Source: Eledone cirrhosa (taxonomy: Eukaryota). Taken from it: DNA of 64,000 nucleotides. Both the position numbers and the translations under genes were made by a program. The stretch lies in assembly GCA_964016885.1 (NCBI GenBank), contig OZ024743.1:152706001-152770000 (forward strand). The letters run 5' to 3'. A model generated the notes under the pieces. The model did not search any database. It had not been told where the DNA came from and saw nothing but the letters and a program-made list of their open reading frames with translations. How positions within the stretch are numbered: the first letter of the stretch is position 1; each line of letters starts with the position of its first letter. Shown piece by piece: positions 38,756-50,234 of the stretch.

Positions 38756-39481
38756 TATATATATATATATATATATATATACATTATGAAGAGAGAAGAA
38801 ACATTTAGATATAATTAGTAATAAAATGTATCATACCAAAACTTCTCCTAGATTCCTCGACTACGTAGTTTCGTGGCATAAACAAAAACAATACATCATA
38901 AAGATATAGAGTCCTTGCGAGGTCTGCCGACTTATCAAGAGGATACCTCATTTTACTAGTCTCAAGAACGCGTCTACACGACGTGAGAAAGAATCCCAAA
39001 AGGCGGAGGGGGAGATAGTCACGCGATATAACGGTCGAGAAACAGAGCTAAGCCTCTTATAACCCCGAAGAAAATACCACGGAGGCGGAGGGGTATTTAT
39101 ATCGAAGCCGTAGAAGAGGTGGTGAAGGAGTCGAGAAGTATAAGTAATGGAAGCTTTCCAGCAGTCCCCACACTTCAAAGATTGCTCGACCAGAGGGAGT
39201 TATTAACAATATATTTAGAAACACACAGATACATGCGGACACACACATATACATGAATGCATCCGCACCCAACCGTGAGTTAAGGGTGCCAACTTCACCG
39301 ATGTTGCTTAATGAATGACTGGGACAGACCAAATATATATATATATATATATATGATTATGTGTGTATATTTTGTGCGTGTATATGTATGATTATGTATA
39401 TATGTTTGTATATGTATGTATATATATATGTATATATATTATATATGTATGTATATATATGTGTAGATGTAACTTTATGTA

Positions 39482-39549
<68 letters not shown>

Positions 39550-39742
39550 AATATATTAAATATTTAATATCATTGTATATTTACTCCAGGTAACTGTTGA
39601 GTGCTCTAAATCAGTTATAAACATTTATATTTATATTTGTCGGATTTCCAAAAAATTGAATATCACTTCTACTTTTACATATATATATATATATATAAAT
39701 ATATATAGTAAGAATATTTTCGAAACAGCTAGTTGGTTTGAA

Positions 39743-39903
39743 ATTATTAGAAATGTAAGCTATCGCCGTAATTTGACTAAAGAAATTAAAGAAATTACTC
39801 AGCTTTTTCCATTTCTCCGAGGGTTCTTAACCCCAATATCAGGCTAAATAATTTCTTTAATTTCGTTAGTCAAAATACGGCGATAGCTTACATTTCTAAT
39901 AAT
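39743..39903. repeat. ~55-bp inverted repeat with ~50-nt spacer
   Basis: 39743-39797 vs 39849-39903. Confidence 0.9.
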
Positions 39904-39922
39904 AATAATAATAATAATAATA

Positions 39923-39968
<46 letters not shown>

Positions 39969-40022
39969 TGTTATACTTTGGGAGGGTCATGTTGCCAATA
40001 AGAAACACACTATATTATATTA

Positions 40023-40087
40023 TATTTTATCTGATGAAAGCGCACCATAATTTGACTTGGTGTCCTTGAAATATGTATAATGAAATA
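40023..40087 (+). ncRNA. Type I hammerhead ribozyme motif
   Basis: tattttat-CTGATGA-aagcgcacca/tggtgtcctt-GAAA-tatgta-TA-atgaaata. Confidence 0.85.
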
Positions 40088-40466
40088 AATATGGTTTTAT
40101 AAATATAGTTTCCATTTGTTAATATATCGTATTTTTACTCCAATAATTTATTGAGTGCTTTATATCAGTTGTAAAAATATTTGCTTGTTGTATCCCAACA
40201 ATTTAAATATAACTTCTACATATATATATATATATATATATATTTCGTTTCTGAATTTGTTTAGCAAGATTCTTCATGTGAAAACGTGTGTTGAAACCGA
40301 TATTGTTATACTTTGGGAGGGTCATGTAACCAATAAGAAACCCACGCACCAGTAGCTTTCACTCCAATTTATTATAAATTAAACAATTTAAAAAAAAAAA
40401 AAATTTTTAATTTATAAATTTCCGGTTGGTTGGCTGGTTCCACAACCGGACGGTTGTTCACATATT

Positions 40467-40509
40467 GTCAAAGTTCTTTCGCCACACATTCTGTGACCTC
40501 TTCAGTGAC
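40467..40509 (-). ncRNA. Minimal type I hammerhead motif
   Basis: gtca-CTGAAGA-g-gtcaca/tgtggc-GAAA-gaac-TT-tgac. Confidence 0.7.
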
Positions 40510-41350
40510 TGGGGATTCTTTTCTTTGTTTTGTGCCTCTCCTTTGTTCTGTCCTACGCCATCCTGTTTTTTTTGTGTGTTGTGTGCTTAGTTTGCGCATG
40601 TGTTACATCCGGGTGTCTGAGTGTGATTTTATTTGTTTATTTATTTGTTTATTTACATGTTACTGGTTGTTTGTTTGTTCTATGTGTGTGTCTTTTCATT
40701 TTGTCCTTAATTGTAAGTTGTGATACTGCTATTCCATTTATGTTTTCTATTTAATTATGGTTGGAGTTCATTTATGTCTATTGCCTCTGTGATTTGTCTA
40801 AACATTACGTCTTTTCTGCGTGTAAATTTTATTTTTATTTCTATGTTCTCTAATTTGCCCTTATGTTCTGTTTTAGCATGTTGGTGGACTACTGATGATT
40901 ATTTTCTAACTTGAAGCTCTCTCCAGTGTTCATTTAACCGTTCTTCTATAATACGAGCTGTCTCACCTATATACATTATATTCTTATCTTTACATTGTCC
41001 TTCAGTACATCTTATACTATATACTATGTTTCTAGTTTTACAGTTAATATGGGGGCTTAGTTTACAAATTATGCATTTCTTATCTATACAGGGAGGTCAC
41101 AGAATGTGTAACGAAAGAACTTTGACAATATATGAACAACCGTCCGGTTGTGGAACCTACCAACCAACCGGAAATTTATAAATTTAAAAAAAAATTTTTT
41201 TTTTTTAAATTGTTTAATTTATAATAAATTGGAGTGAAAGATACTGGTGCGTGTGTTTCTTATTGGTTACATGACCCTCCCAAAGTATAACAATATCGGT
41301 TTCAACACACGTTTTCAGATGAAGAATCTTGCTAAACAAATTCAGAAACG

Positions 41351-41389
<39 letters not shown>

Positions 41390-41518
41390 GAAGGTATATT
41401 TAAATTGTTGGGATACAACAAGCAAATATTTTTATAACTGATATAAAGCACTCAACAAATTATTGGAGTAAAAATACGATATATTAACAAATGGAAACTA
41501 TATTTATAAAACCATATT

Positions 41519-41583
41519 TATTTCATTATACATATTTCAAGGACAACAAGTCAAATTATGGTGCGCTTTCATCAGATAAAATA
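41519..41583 (-). ncRNA. Type I hammerhead motif (inverted copy of 40023-40087)
   Basis: Core intact; one additional stem II mismatch. Confidence 0.8.
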
Positions 41584-41618
41584 TAATATAGATCAGTTTT
41601 AGAGATCAGTTTTAGTTT

Positions 41619-41677
<59 letters not shown>

Positions 41678-42013
41678 CTTGCGTATGTACTTGTACATAT
41701 GCGTATGTGTGTATGTATATTTTTAATTATGGGTATATATATATATGTGTGTATATGGTTGTATGTATTTTTTATGTTTATTTTATACCTTTATTTGTTT
41801 CTATGCATGTTTTTACGGTTTTAGTTGTGTGCATGCGGTGATTATAGGCCTTTATTTTCTGTCTGTATAGTCTTATGTATGTGTATGTATATGTGTGTGT
41901 GTGAATGTATATATTTATTGATATATGTATATACACCTACATTTGTGTACATGTCCCTATACGTGTGGTTGAGTGTATGTGCGTATGTGTGTGTATGTAT
42001 GTGAGTATGTATA

Positions 42014-42058
<45 letters not shown>

Positions 42059-42436
42059 TTGTACGTATATACTCCTTTGTGTATATGTTTGTGCTGTATA
42101 TGTGTGTGTATATATGTATGTATATGTATGTGCATGTATGTATATATATATATATTTATTTTATTTTGTGCAATTGCTTACCACGTGAGTTTCTTTTTTT
42201 CCTCTCTCGTATCGTTGTCAACGTGCTATTTTTCATTTTTTTAAATTTATTTATTTATTTTTATTTGACATTAATATTATTTTTTGCTTTTATTTATTTA
42301 TTATTATGACTTCATGTATATGTATTTGTCTATGCCGGTTGATGTGAGCTTATTTTTTAAGTATATGCGCGTGGTCGAGTGTGTATATGTTTGTTTATTT
42401 ATTTTTTATATATATGTGTGTATATATATGTGTGTA

Positions 42437-42510
<74 letters not shown>

Positions 42511-42665
42511 GTGTGTGTATATGTATGTTTATATATATATATATATGTATAAATGTGTGTGTGTGTGTTTATACTAATCTTTTTTTCTTCTTCCCTCAGC
42601 CTCACTTTCATATTTCTTATATTTTTTGTTTTCAAATCCACTTTCAATAAAAACATCAGGATTTC

Positions 42666-42723
42666 TTCATTCTGACGACTGAAAGCAGATTTGTTTGCTT
42701 TCAAGAAACCACTGGTAAATGAA
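42666..42723 (+). ncRNA. Type I hammerhead ribozyme motif
   Basis: ttcatt-CTGACGA-c-tgaaagcaga/tttgctttca-a-GAAA-ccactgg-TA-aatgaa. Confidence 0.88.
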
Positions 42724-42813
42724 ATAATTATCTTATGTTGTTTATTAGCTAACTAATAAGCTCTGTAAGCTACATAGAACACTCTTTTTCCTGTACCTTT
42801 CCGACGGAATTAC

Positions 42814-42880
<67 letters not shown>

Positions 42881-43007
42881 CAGATATGTATATGCATAGG
42901 TGTCAGTCACCTGCAGGCATATTTGTGAGGTTAGGAAGTTCACTTTAGAGTCATGTGGAGTCCCAATGTATGGCATTATGGGCAAGTATCTTCTATTATA
43001 GCCTTTA

Positions 43008-43170
43008 TCATGGCGTCTGACACTCTAAAGCATGGCGTCCCTTTACGGTCTGAGTTCAAATCCCATCGCGGTTAACTTTGCCTTTCATCCTTATGGGGTC
43101 GATAAAATAAAGTACCAGTAATGCACTGGGTAATGGCTGGCCTTGTGCCAAAAGTAGAAACAATTATTAA
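43008..43170 (+). mobile_element. SINE (first family), rearranged 5' part
   Basis: B box plus body matching 17229-17411. Confidence 0.85.
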
Positions 43171-44757
43171 ATAATAGAAATCATTATAGTGATTACTCTT
43201 AATAGATAGAGATACTTTCTTGTAACTCAGTTTTGTACCACATGCAATCCATCATGAGACAAAAGACATTATTTTGTCACCTGATGTAGCATACATGGTG
43301 AGAATTTCTGAGTAGCAACAGGATAAAACATCAGATCTGAACAAATAAATAACCTCCACTACATGCAATGATTATATGTTCTCTTATTTGTTTACCAAAA
43401 ATTATATATGTACAAATTGTAGAAGAGATATTTATTATAATTATTTTACTGCTGTGTGCATGTGTGTGTACATGTGTGCCTGTGTATATGTAAAGCTGTT
43501 ATTATATAATAAATATTTTTTTTTATTATGTATGTATTGAGTACTCTTACTTTGTTTGTGATATTACTTTGTTCATAATACTAGTTTCAAACATAATAAG
43601 TATACATACATACATATATATATATATATGCAAGCAGGGAACAGCAGACGTAAAATTATGATGATGATGATGATGATGATGATGAATATATATATACCCT
43701 TGCTAACAGGGAAGAAGAACAAATGAAATTTATATATATGAAAATTTGGTTCATGCCGAAAAAGTATCAATATTGTAATATATATTAACACATAATAGTG
43801 AGAATGTGTATTAACACATGTATTGTTCCTTTGCCCTTCATTTCTTTACAGGCTTTATTAAAATTATTTGTCACACTAATATCAGAGTAATAGATTTCAA
43901 TGTATGTATGTATTTCAATGAATTCTATTTTCCTTAAGCAAAATATATTTATTCTCGTTGCAATAGCACTTCATAGAATAAACTTTAATATATGAGTTAT
44001 AAATTTTAACCTGATCTTGTTTAGTTGGTTAAGTGCAAATTTTCTTCCTCCTCTAATGAGTCATGACAATATATAAATTCATGACAGTTTATACCATGAA
44101 TCAATCTCAACATTTTAAAGAATATTATAGTAATATATCATGTTTCCTGACTAACTTGAATCAGAATTATATAATAAAAGTTTCAATCTTAATTATTTTT
44201 AATACTATCATTTCTTTCCTTTGTGACATTATATTGTGATTTATTATTATTCTTAATAGTATTAACATATTATATTACATTTTCAATACTTACAGCGTTG
44301 ATAGAAATGAAAATAAAAATAAGGCAGCAAAATAGCATAGTCATTAGAGCAATATTTATTCTGGTTCTCTAAGCTCTGTATAGAAATTTCATTGTGGGCA
44401 ACTTTAATTTTCACTCCTTCAGGATTGACAAATATAGTGTTAGAATAACAAGTTTCTTAGACATTGGAGTTAGACACCATGTGATACCTGTTCTAGTTCT
44501 TTACATTCTGAGTTCAAATTCTGATAGGTGCCAATGGCCAGGGCTAAACATCGGAGAGTGGGAGCATCCCAGCCAATTTAAAATTAGCCAGCATAGATAA
44601 ACATGTTTATAAATAGCAGAGATAAATAGCAATGGAATACTGAGATCTCATCTAACAATTGATAATAAATAACTGAATGAAATGGAGAATTGAAAGAAGA
44701 AGCATAGCGTCTGACTCTCTACCGATACTGCCAATTCACCGGCCTCTATTATTTAAT

Positions 44758-45003
44758 AATTGTTTCTACTTTTGGCACAAGGCCAGCAATTACCCAGTGC
44801 ATTACTGGTACTTTATTTTATCGACCCCGTAAGGATGAAAGGCAAAGTTTTACGAGGGCAAAAGCTTCTGCTAGAAGCACTGAAGAAAAAAACCGATCAA
44901 AATATACGTGCCTGTGTTGAGAGTGGAAGGGCTCAGTCAGAGACCACACAACATCGTACCCCAAGTCATATTTTCTCTCTCTGTTGTGTTTCTTTCCTGT
45001 AAT
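44758..45003 (-). mobile_element. 5'-truncated SINE (44758-44848) fused to a piggyBac transposase fragment (44849-45003)
   Basis: TGK...DLGYDVVWSLTEPFHSQHRHVYFDRFFSSVLL resembles the piggyBac core around the YxDNFF motif. Confidence 0.8.
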
Positions 45004-45789
45004 GTTTATTATTTTAATAATATTCATTATTACTGGGTTGATAAAGTTAAGTACCAGTTATGCACTGGAGTCGATTTAATTGACTTTTCCCTTCCCTTCA
45101 ATTGCTAGCCTTGTGCCAAATGTAGAAACAATTATTTTAATAATATTAATTTATTTGTATGAGTGCCAATAAAGAAGTTTTCAAAGTAATTTGACATGTA
45201 GAAATAGCAGTCAAAAGCCCCTCAAAATCATACTCTACTGTCTGAGAAAGAAGGTCACGTTGGCTTATGTAATACTAGATGCACTGTGTCTGGCAAAATG
45301 ACAGTATGGTAATTACTGGAGTGCTTCTGATTACAGATCTGAATATTGGCCAACACATGGCTAAACAACAACAGTGACAACACATTACCATCACAGTTTA
45401 TCTTTTATTTTTCATACTTGCATAGAGTAGATGGACTGTCATGTTATGAAGCTTGACAGGTAAGGCAAAAATGTCTTGCTCATATGGTGGTCCTTTTTTT
45501 GGCTTGGTTTTCTATGGCAGGATACCCTTCCTAATACCAACCACTGCACAGCATGGACTGAGTGGAATGGATGCTTTTAATCTTAACACTAGCACTGTGG
45601 GAGGGCAAGTGAAATGTCATGGAGGTGTAGGTGAGTTTACATATATCATCATCATCGTTTAACATCCATTTTCCACATTAGCATGGGTTAAAAAGGGTGT
45701 CCCATTTGACTCAAGTTGGGTTAGGTGACTGTCTTACTCATATAGAACTGGCTAGGTTTCTATGGCTGGATGCCCTTCCTAATGCCAAC

Positions 45790-46200
45790 AATATTTACAT
45801 TGTGTGCTGGGTGCTTTTTGCATGACTCCTACACAACCACTTTACAGAATGGACTGGGTGCTTTTTGTTGTCACACATGCATGACCACTTTACAATGTGG
45901 ACTGGGTGCTTTTTGTTCTGACACCTACATGACTACTTTACACTGTGGGCTGTGTACTTTTTGTCATGACTCCTACACAATCACTTTACAGTGTGGGCTG
46001 GGTACTTTTTATCGTGACTCCAACACAACCACTTTCCAGTGTGGACTGTCTGATTTTTGTTGTGACACCTACACAACCACTTTACAGTGTGGACCGGATG
46101 CTTTTTGTTGTGACACCTACACAACCACTTTACAGTGTGGACTGGGTGCTTTTTGTTGTGACACCTACACAACCACTTTACAGTGCGGGCTTGATGCCTA
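45790..46200. repeat. 48-bp minisatellite, about 8 copies
   Basis: Unit ACCACTTTACAGTGTGGACTGGGTGCTTTTTGTTGTGACACCTACACA. Confidence 0.92.
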
Positions 46201-46675
46201 ATTGTGATACCAACAAGAGTGCAAGGTTAGTGTGGGCTGGAGTGGGAGGGTGGGTATAGTTGCGTGGGTGTGTATGGGAGAGAGTACAATGTTTAAGAGG
46301 TGTCTAGGAGATGTGTGTTCGAGTCCGAGTAAACGGGAATGCATGTCTTCTGTATTACTGCATAACGCCAAAGATCTCAATGTTGTGTCATTGACTTTGA
46401 GAGGTGTAATTGTGCAAGGTCAGTTTTTATCACCTACTCCCAACTCTTCCTGTGTCTTCCTACTCCATAGCTCCCATCAATTTTGATCATCCTGCATCTT
46501 TTTATACAAATGTTGTCCTTCATACGCATCACATGACCAAACCAATGCAATCTCTTCTCTAGTATACCGCATCTGATCCTTCTTATGCCTAATTTCTCTC
46601 TTAGTTCAGTTACCCTTTGCCATATATATTACTATTACACATCCATCGGAGCATATATATATATATATATATATG

Positions 46676-47270
46676 GGATAACAAGTTATCATTATAGGTA
46701 ATCCAGTTAGAGGTTGTGAGTACTCTGCATAGTCTTAACCTACGGCTTTGTTTGACTCAACAAGATGTTTCCACAGTTAGGCAGCGAGTTTGTGGTAATT
46801 CCTATGCAGGTTATACTTGGAGTAATAATAGTGAAAGAATGAAGAGTAACATGCTTGGTTGTACCAGAAGGGGCTTTATTTCAGGTATTGACAATTGTTG
46901 TATTGATCAGGTGAGTCTAGAGGTTGCTAATCACTTGAAGTTGTGTCACTTGATCTCCATTACATTATTTACCTCTGATCAACACATCAGAATACATAGA
47001 TATAAAAATAATTCACTCGAGGCAAGATATATATAGAAGATTAGCATATAATCAAAACAATAACATCAATAAAAAAAATATATATGGTAAATAGATAGAG
47101 AAGTTACAGATGTAAAAAGTAAATAGTAAGAGGTAAGAAAAGATACATTAAAAAAAGTAAGAAAATAAGAAAATGGAAAATATAAAGAAATAAATAAGGA
47201 TAAGTGAGAGCATGTAAGTACAGAGTATGCTTGCGGTGGTGGTAAGTAAGTGTTCTTATAAGGATTCTTA
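46676..47270 (-). mobile_element. Solo PLE pLTR, same family as 57815-58380
   Basis: Reverse-complement homology over ~570 bp; (TA)n on both sides; hammerhead remnant 46885-46995; partial third copy 47738-47845. Confidence 0.85.
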
Positions 47271-47845
47271 TATATATATATGGAGGCACATGGCTTAGTG
47301 GTTAGAGCATTGGCTTTGCAATTGAAAGGTTGTGAGTTCAATTCCCAGACCGGGTGAGCAGACACTTTATTTCACATTGCTCCAGTTTACTCAGCTGTAG
47401 AAATGAGATGATAGGACCCCAGTCCCTATCATTCCACTGCTAAGTGGTGGTGGAGGTGCCATGGCAAAAAAGCACCCAGCACTCACTGTAAATGAGGTTG
47501 GTGGTGTTAGGAAGGGCATCCAGCTGTAGAAATCAAGCCAGAATCAGTTCCCGTCCCACCCTTGCAAGCAGGGAAAAGTGGATGTAAAAATGAGGATGAT
47601 ATATATAGTGAAAGAATGGTTTCTTATTTAGGCACAAGGCAAGCAATTTTGGGGGAGGGGAAAGTCGATTAGATCGACCCAGCTCATGACTAGTACTTTA
47701 TTTTATCAACCCCGTAAGGATGAAAGGCAAAGCTAACATATAGTGAAAGAATGAAGAGTAACATGGTTGGTTGTACAACAAGGGGCTTTATTTCAGGTAT
47801 TGACAATTGTTTCATTGATCAGGTGAGTCTAGAGGTTGCTAATCA

Positions 47846-48790
47846 GATGTCAGGTGAAGTGTGGTCGACGAAGTTCTCTGACAGCCAGGCTTGGGTCTTT
47901 CGGTTTGTATGGCAGGGCACTGAGTCTTGCTGCCACACGTACGGCCTACCTGCAGCTACCTGGTCGATCCAGGGCTTTACTACCTCGCCCAGAACGCGGA
48001 TGTAGCCATCGGTGTTCAGCTTGAAGCCCTCAGGAAAGAAGTAAGTTGGCATGACGTCACCTTGACTGCGACGACACCTAAGACCAATGTTGTTGCTGGA
48101 AACTTTGTCTGCATGACTCTGGGAACGTCTTTGGATGAGACGGCGAGCCACCTGTTATTCTGGGAGTTGATCTTCTGGTCTTGGCAGAAGATTTTCTCGT
48201 CGGAGAAAAACCACAGCATGTCTGGCTCCAGTGGGTGTTTCAACTTGTTGATCAGCTTCTTTGCGTGCTCCAGTCGCTTTTCTTGCATCGCCTTTGACAG
48301 AAATTGTCCTTTCCTCATCTTGTATGAAACGTAGCGAATGTCTTCATGTACCACCAGCCTAATGAGCGTTTCATCCACGCCTTTCTCCCTTGCAATGGCA
48401 CACATCAACTTGCTAGCTTCATTGTTGATGATATCCTGAACTTCTGCGACGAACTCGTGCGTTCTGAAGGCGTCAGATCGTCGATCATGTGTTTTCCTCT
48501 CTGATGTTGCTTCGTAGTTGAATCCTGAATCTTCCAATTTTTTTCTGACCTTTTTCACCATTCTCCTGCTGACGCTGAGAAAGTCTGAAATTTCCTTATT
48601 TGTCCTCCCGGCGCAGATTCCAAGAAAAACTCCGTGTCTCTTCCACAAATTTGGAGGTTCAAAATTATTCATAATCAATTATTCTGAAAATAAATAATGG
48701 AAATATAGTCACTGTTTTTATGAAGACAAGAGTAACAACGGAAGTAAAGAAAATTTGCATAAAATTAGCAGTTGAAAATTGCGAACAAAT
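47846..48790 (-). mobile_element. Tc1/mariner superfamily maT (DD37D-like) transposon, truncated
   Basis: WFFSDEKIF, NSQNNRW, KFPA, VWQQDSVPCH; one frameshift; ends before the SPDLNP motif. Confidence 0.9.
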
Positions 48791-49299
48791 ATATATATAT
48801 ATATATATATAACATCCAGCCGTAGAAAACCCGCCAGACAGTCCTATGCGAGCAAGACAACCACTCTTGCCTCAACTGGGAAAACTCCCGTCCAAACCCA
48901 TGCAAGCGTGGAATGTGGATGTTAAACGATGATGATGATGATATAATGTTACACAGGAAAAGGTCACAATACAGCTAACCACAGACTATATATTTTCTTT
49001 GTGACAAAAGTTGTAAGTCATCCTCTTTGAATTTCGTTTCAGCTTTAAAAAGAATCCCCAGCAGGCATTAGGTAAACATGTATAGATGCGAAAACTATTC
49101 ATTATACGAAGCTCTTCAATTTATAAAATTTTCAGATATAAAGAAATTCAATTTCATGAATATAGAAATAAATATAGTCAATGTTAAGTTTCTCATGTTG
49201 GAAAATGTTAGTGAATGAAGTAATAAATATAGTCAAGCATCATGTATCAATATATGTATATCAACATACGTTTACAGTATATAAATATTATTTCAAAAG

Positions 49300-50230
49300 A
49301 GAATGCTTTAATTATAAAGGTATCTCCTAGTTGAGCCTCCCTGGTAAAGTCTTTGCTAAGTCTGACAAAAGATGTAGGAATATTGTCAAGTTCAAGCTAG
49401 CTAATGATCAGTGTAGTTTTCAGCTCAGATATAGCACAGCTGACCAAATTTTCACTCTGCAATAGGTCATTGAGAAATTGTGGGAGTTTTGCCAAGAGAT
49501 GTATGCTTGTTCTGTGGATCTAAAATGGCATATGACCACATTCTACAGAACTTGTTGAAAGTTCTGCAGGAGTATGGGATCAATGGGCAGTTTCTTGTTT
49601 CCTTGAAGAACCCATACGAATTCCCTAGTATTTGTGTTCAGTTAAATGGTACTAGGTGAAAACCATTCAATGTGGGTGTCAGACTCCATCAACTGTGTGT
49701 ATTGTCACTTCTGTTCATATTCTTATGGACTTGATTGACATGCCCAGCCAGGTTGGAAGTGGTATCAAAACCAGGGGATATAGGATCATCCAGCTGATAC
49801 TTGCAGATGACATAGTGCTACCTAAGTCGATAGAATCTCTGACATACACTGAATAGCTTTGCTGCTGAGTGCTGCACTACAGGAATGAAAATTAGAGCTG
49901 CATAGACTGAGTCATTCTTTGTTTCAAGAAAGCTTTCACTTTGCACTCTGCATGCAAATGGAATTACACTGAAGTGGATGGAGGAGTTCAAGTTTTTCAG
50001 TGGTGTTTTCATGAGTGATCAAAGGCAGGAAGCTGCATTAAATGTGAGAATTGCTGGAGCTGGTGACAAAATGTGTAAGCTTCAGCAATCAGTCATTCAC
50101 AGAAAGGAGTTAAATGTAAAAGCCAAACTCACTATCTTCAATTTGTTGTTTGTGCTTACCCTTATTTATGGTCATGAATTTTGGGTAATTAATGAAAGAA
50201 TATGATTGCGAATACAATCGTTTGGAGATG
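49300..50230 (+). mobile_element. RTE LINE RT fragment
   Basis: DQIFTL, LILADDIVL, EEFKFF, TLIYGHEFW. Confidence 0.82.
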
Positions 50231-50234
50231 ATTA

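Larger units (their letters stand above)
40017..41590 (-). mobile_element. 5'-truncated PLE (GIY-YIG remnant) flanked by ~490-bp inverted arms
   Basis: Arms 40017-40500 and 41093-41590; the minus-strand spacer reads CIICK..CKTRNIVYSIRC..YIGETARIIEERLNEH. Confidence 0.88.

Noticed and set aside
37330-42704. Many YIYIYI/CVCV ORFs
   Set aside because: Translations of (TA)n and (CA)n microsatellites.
45790-46200. CRISPR-like array
   Set aside because: Contiguous tandem units without unique spacers, eukaryotic context, no cas genes.
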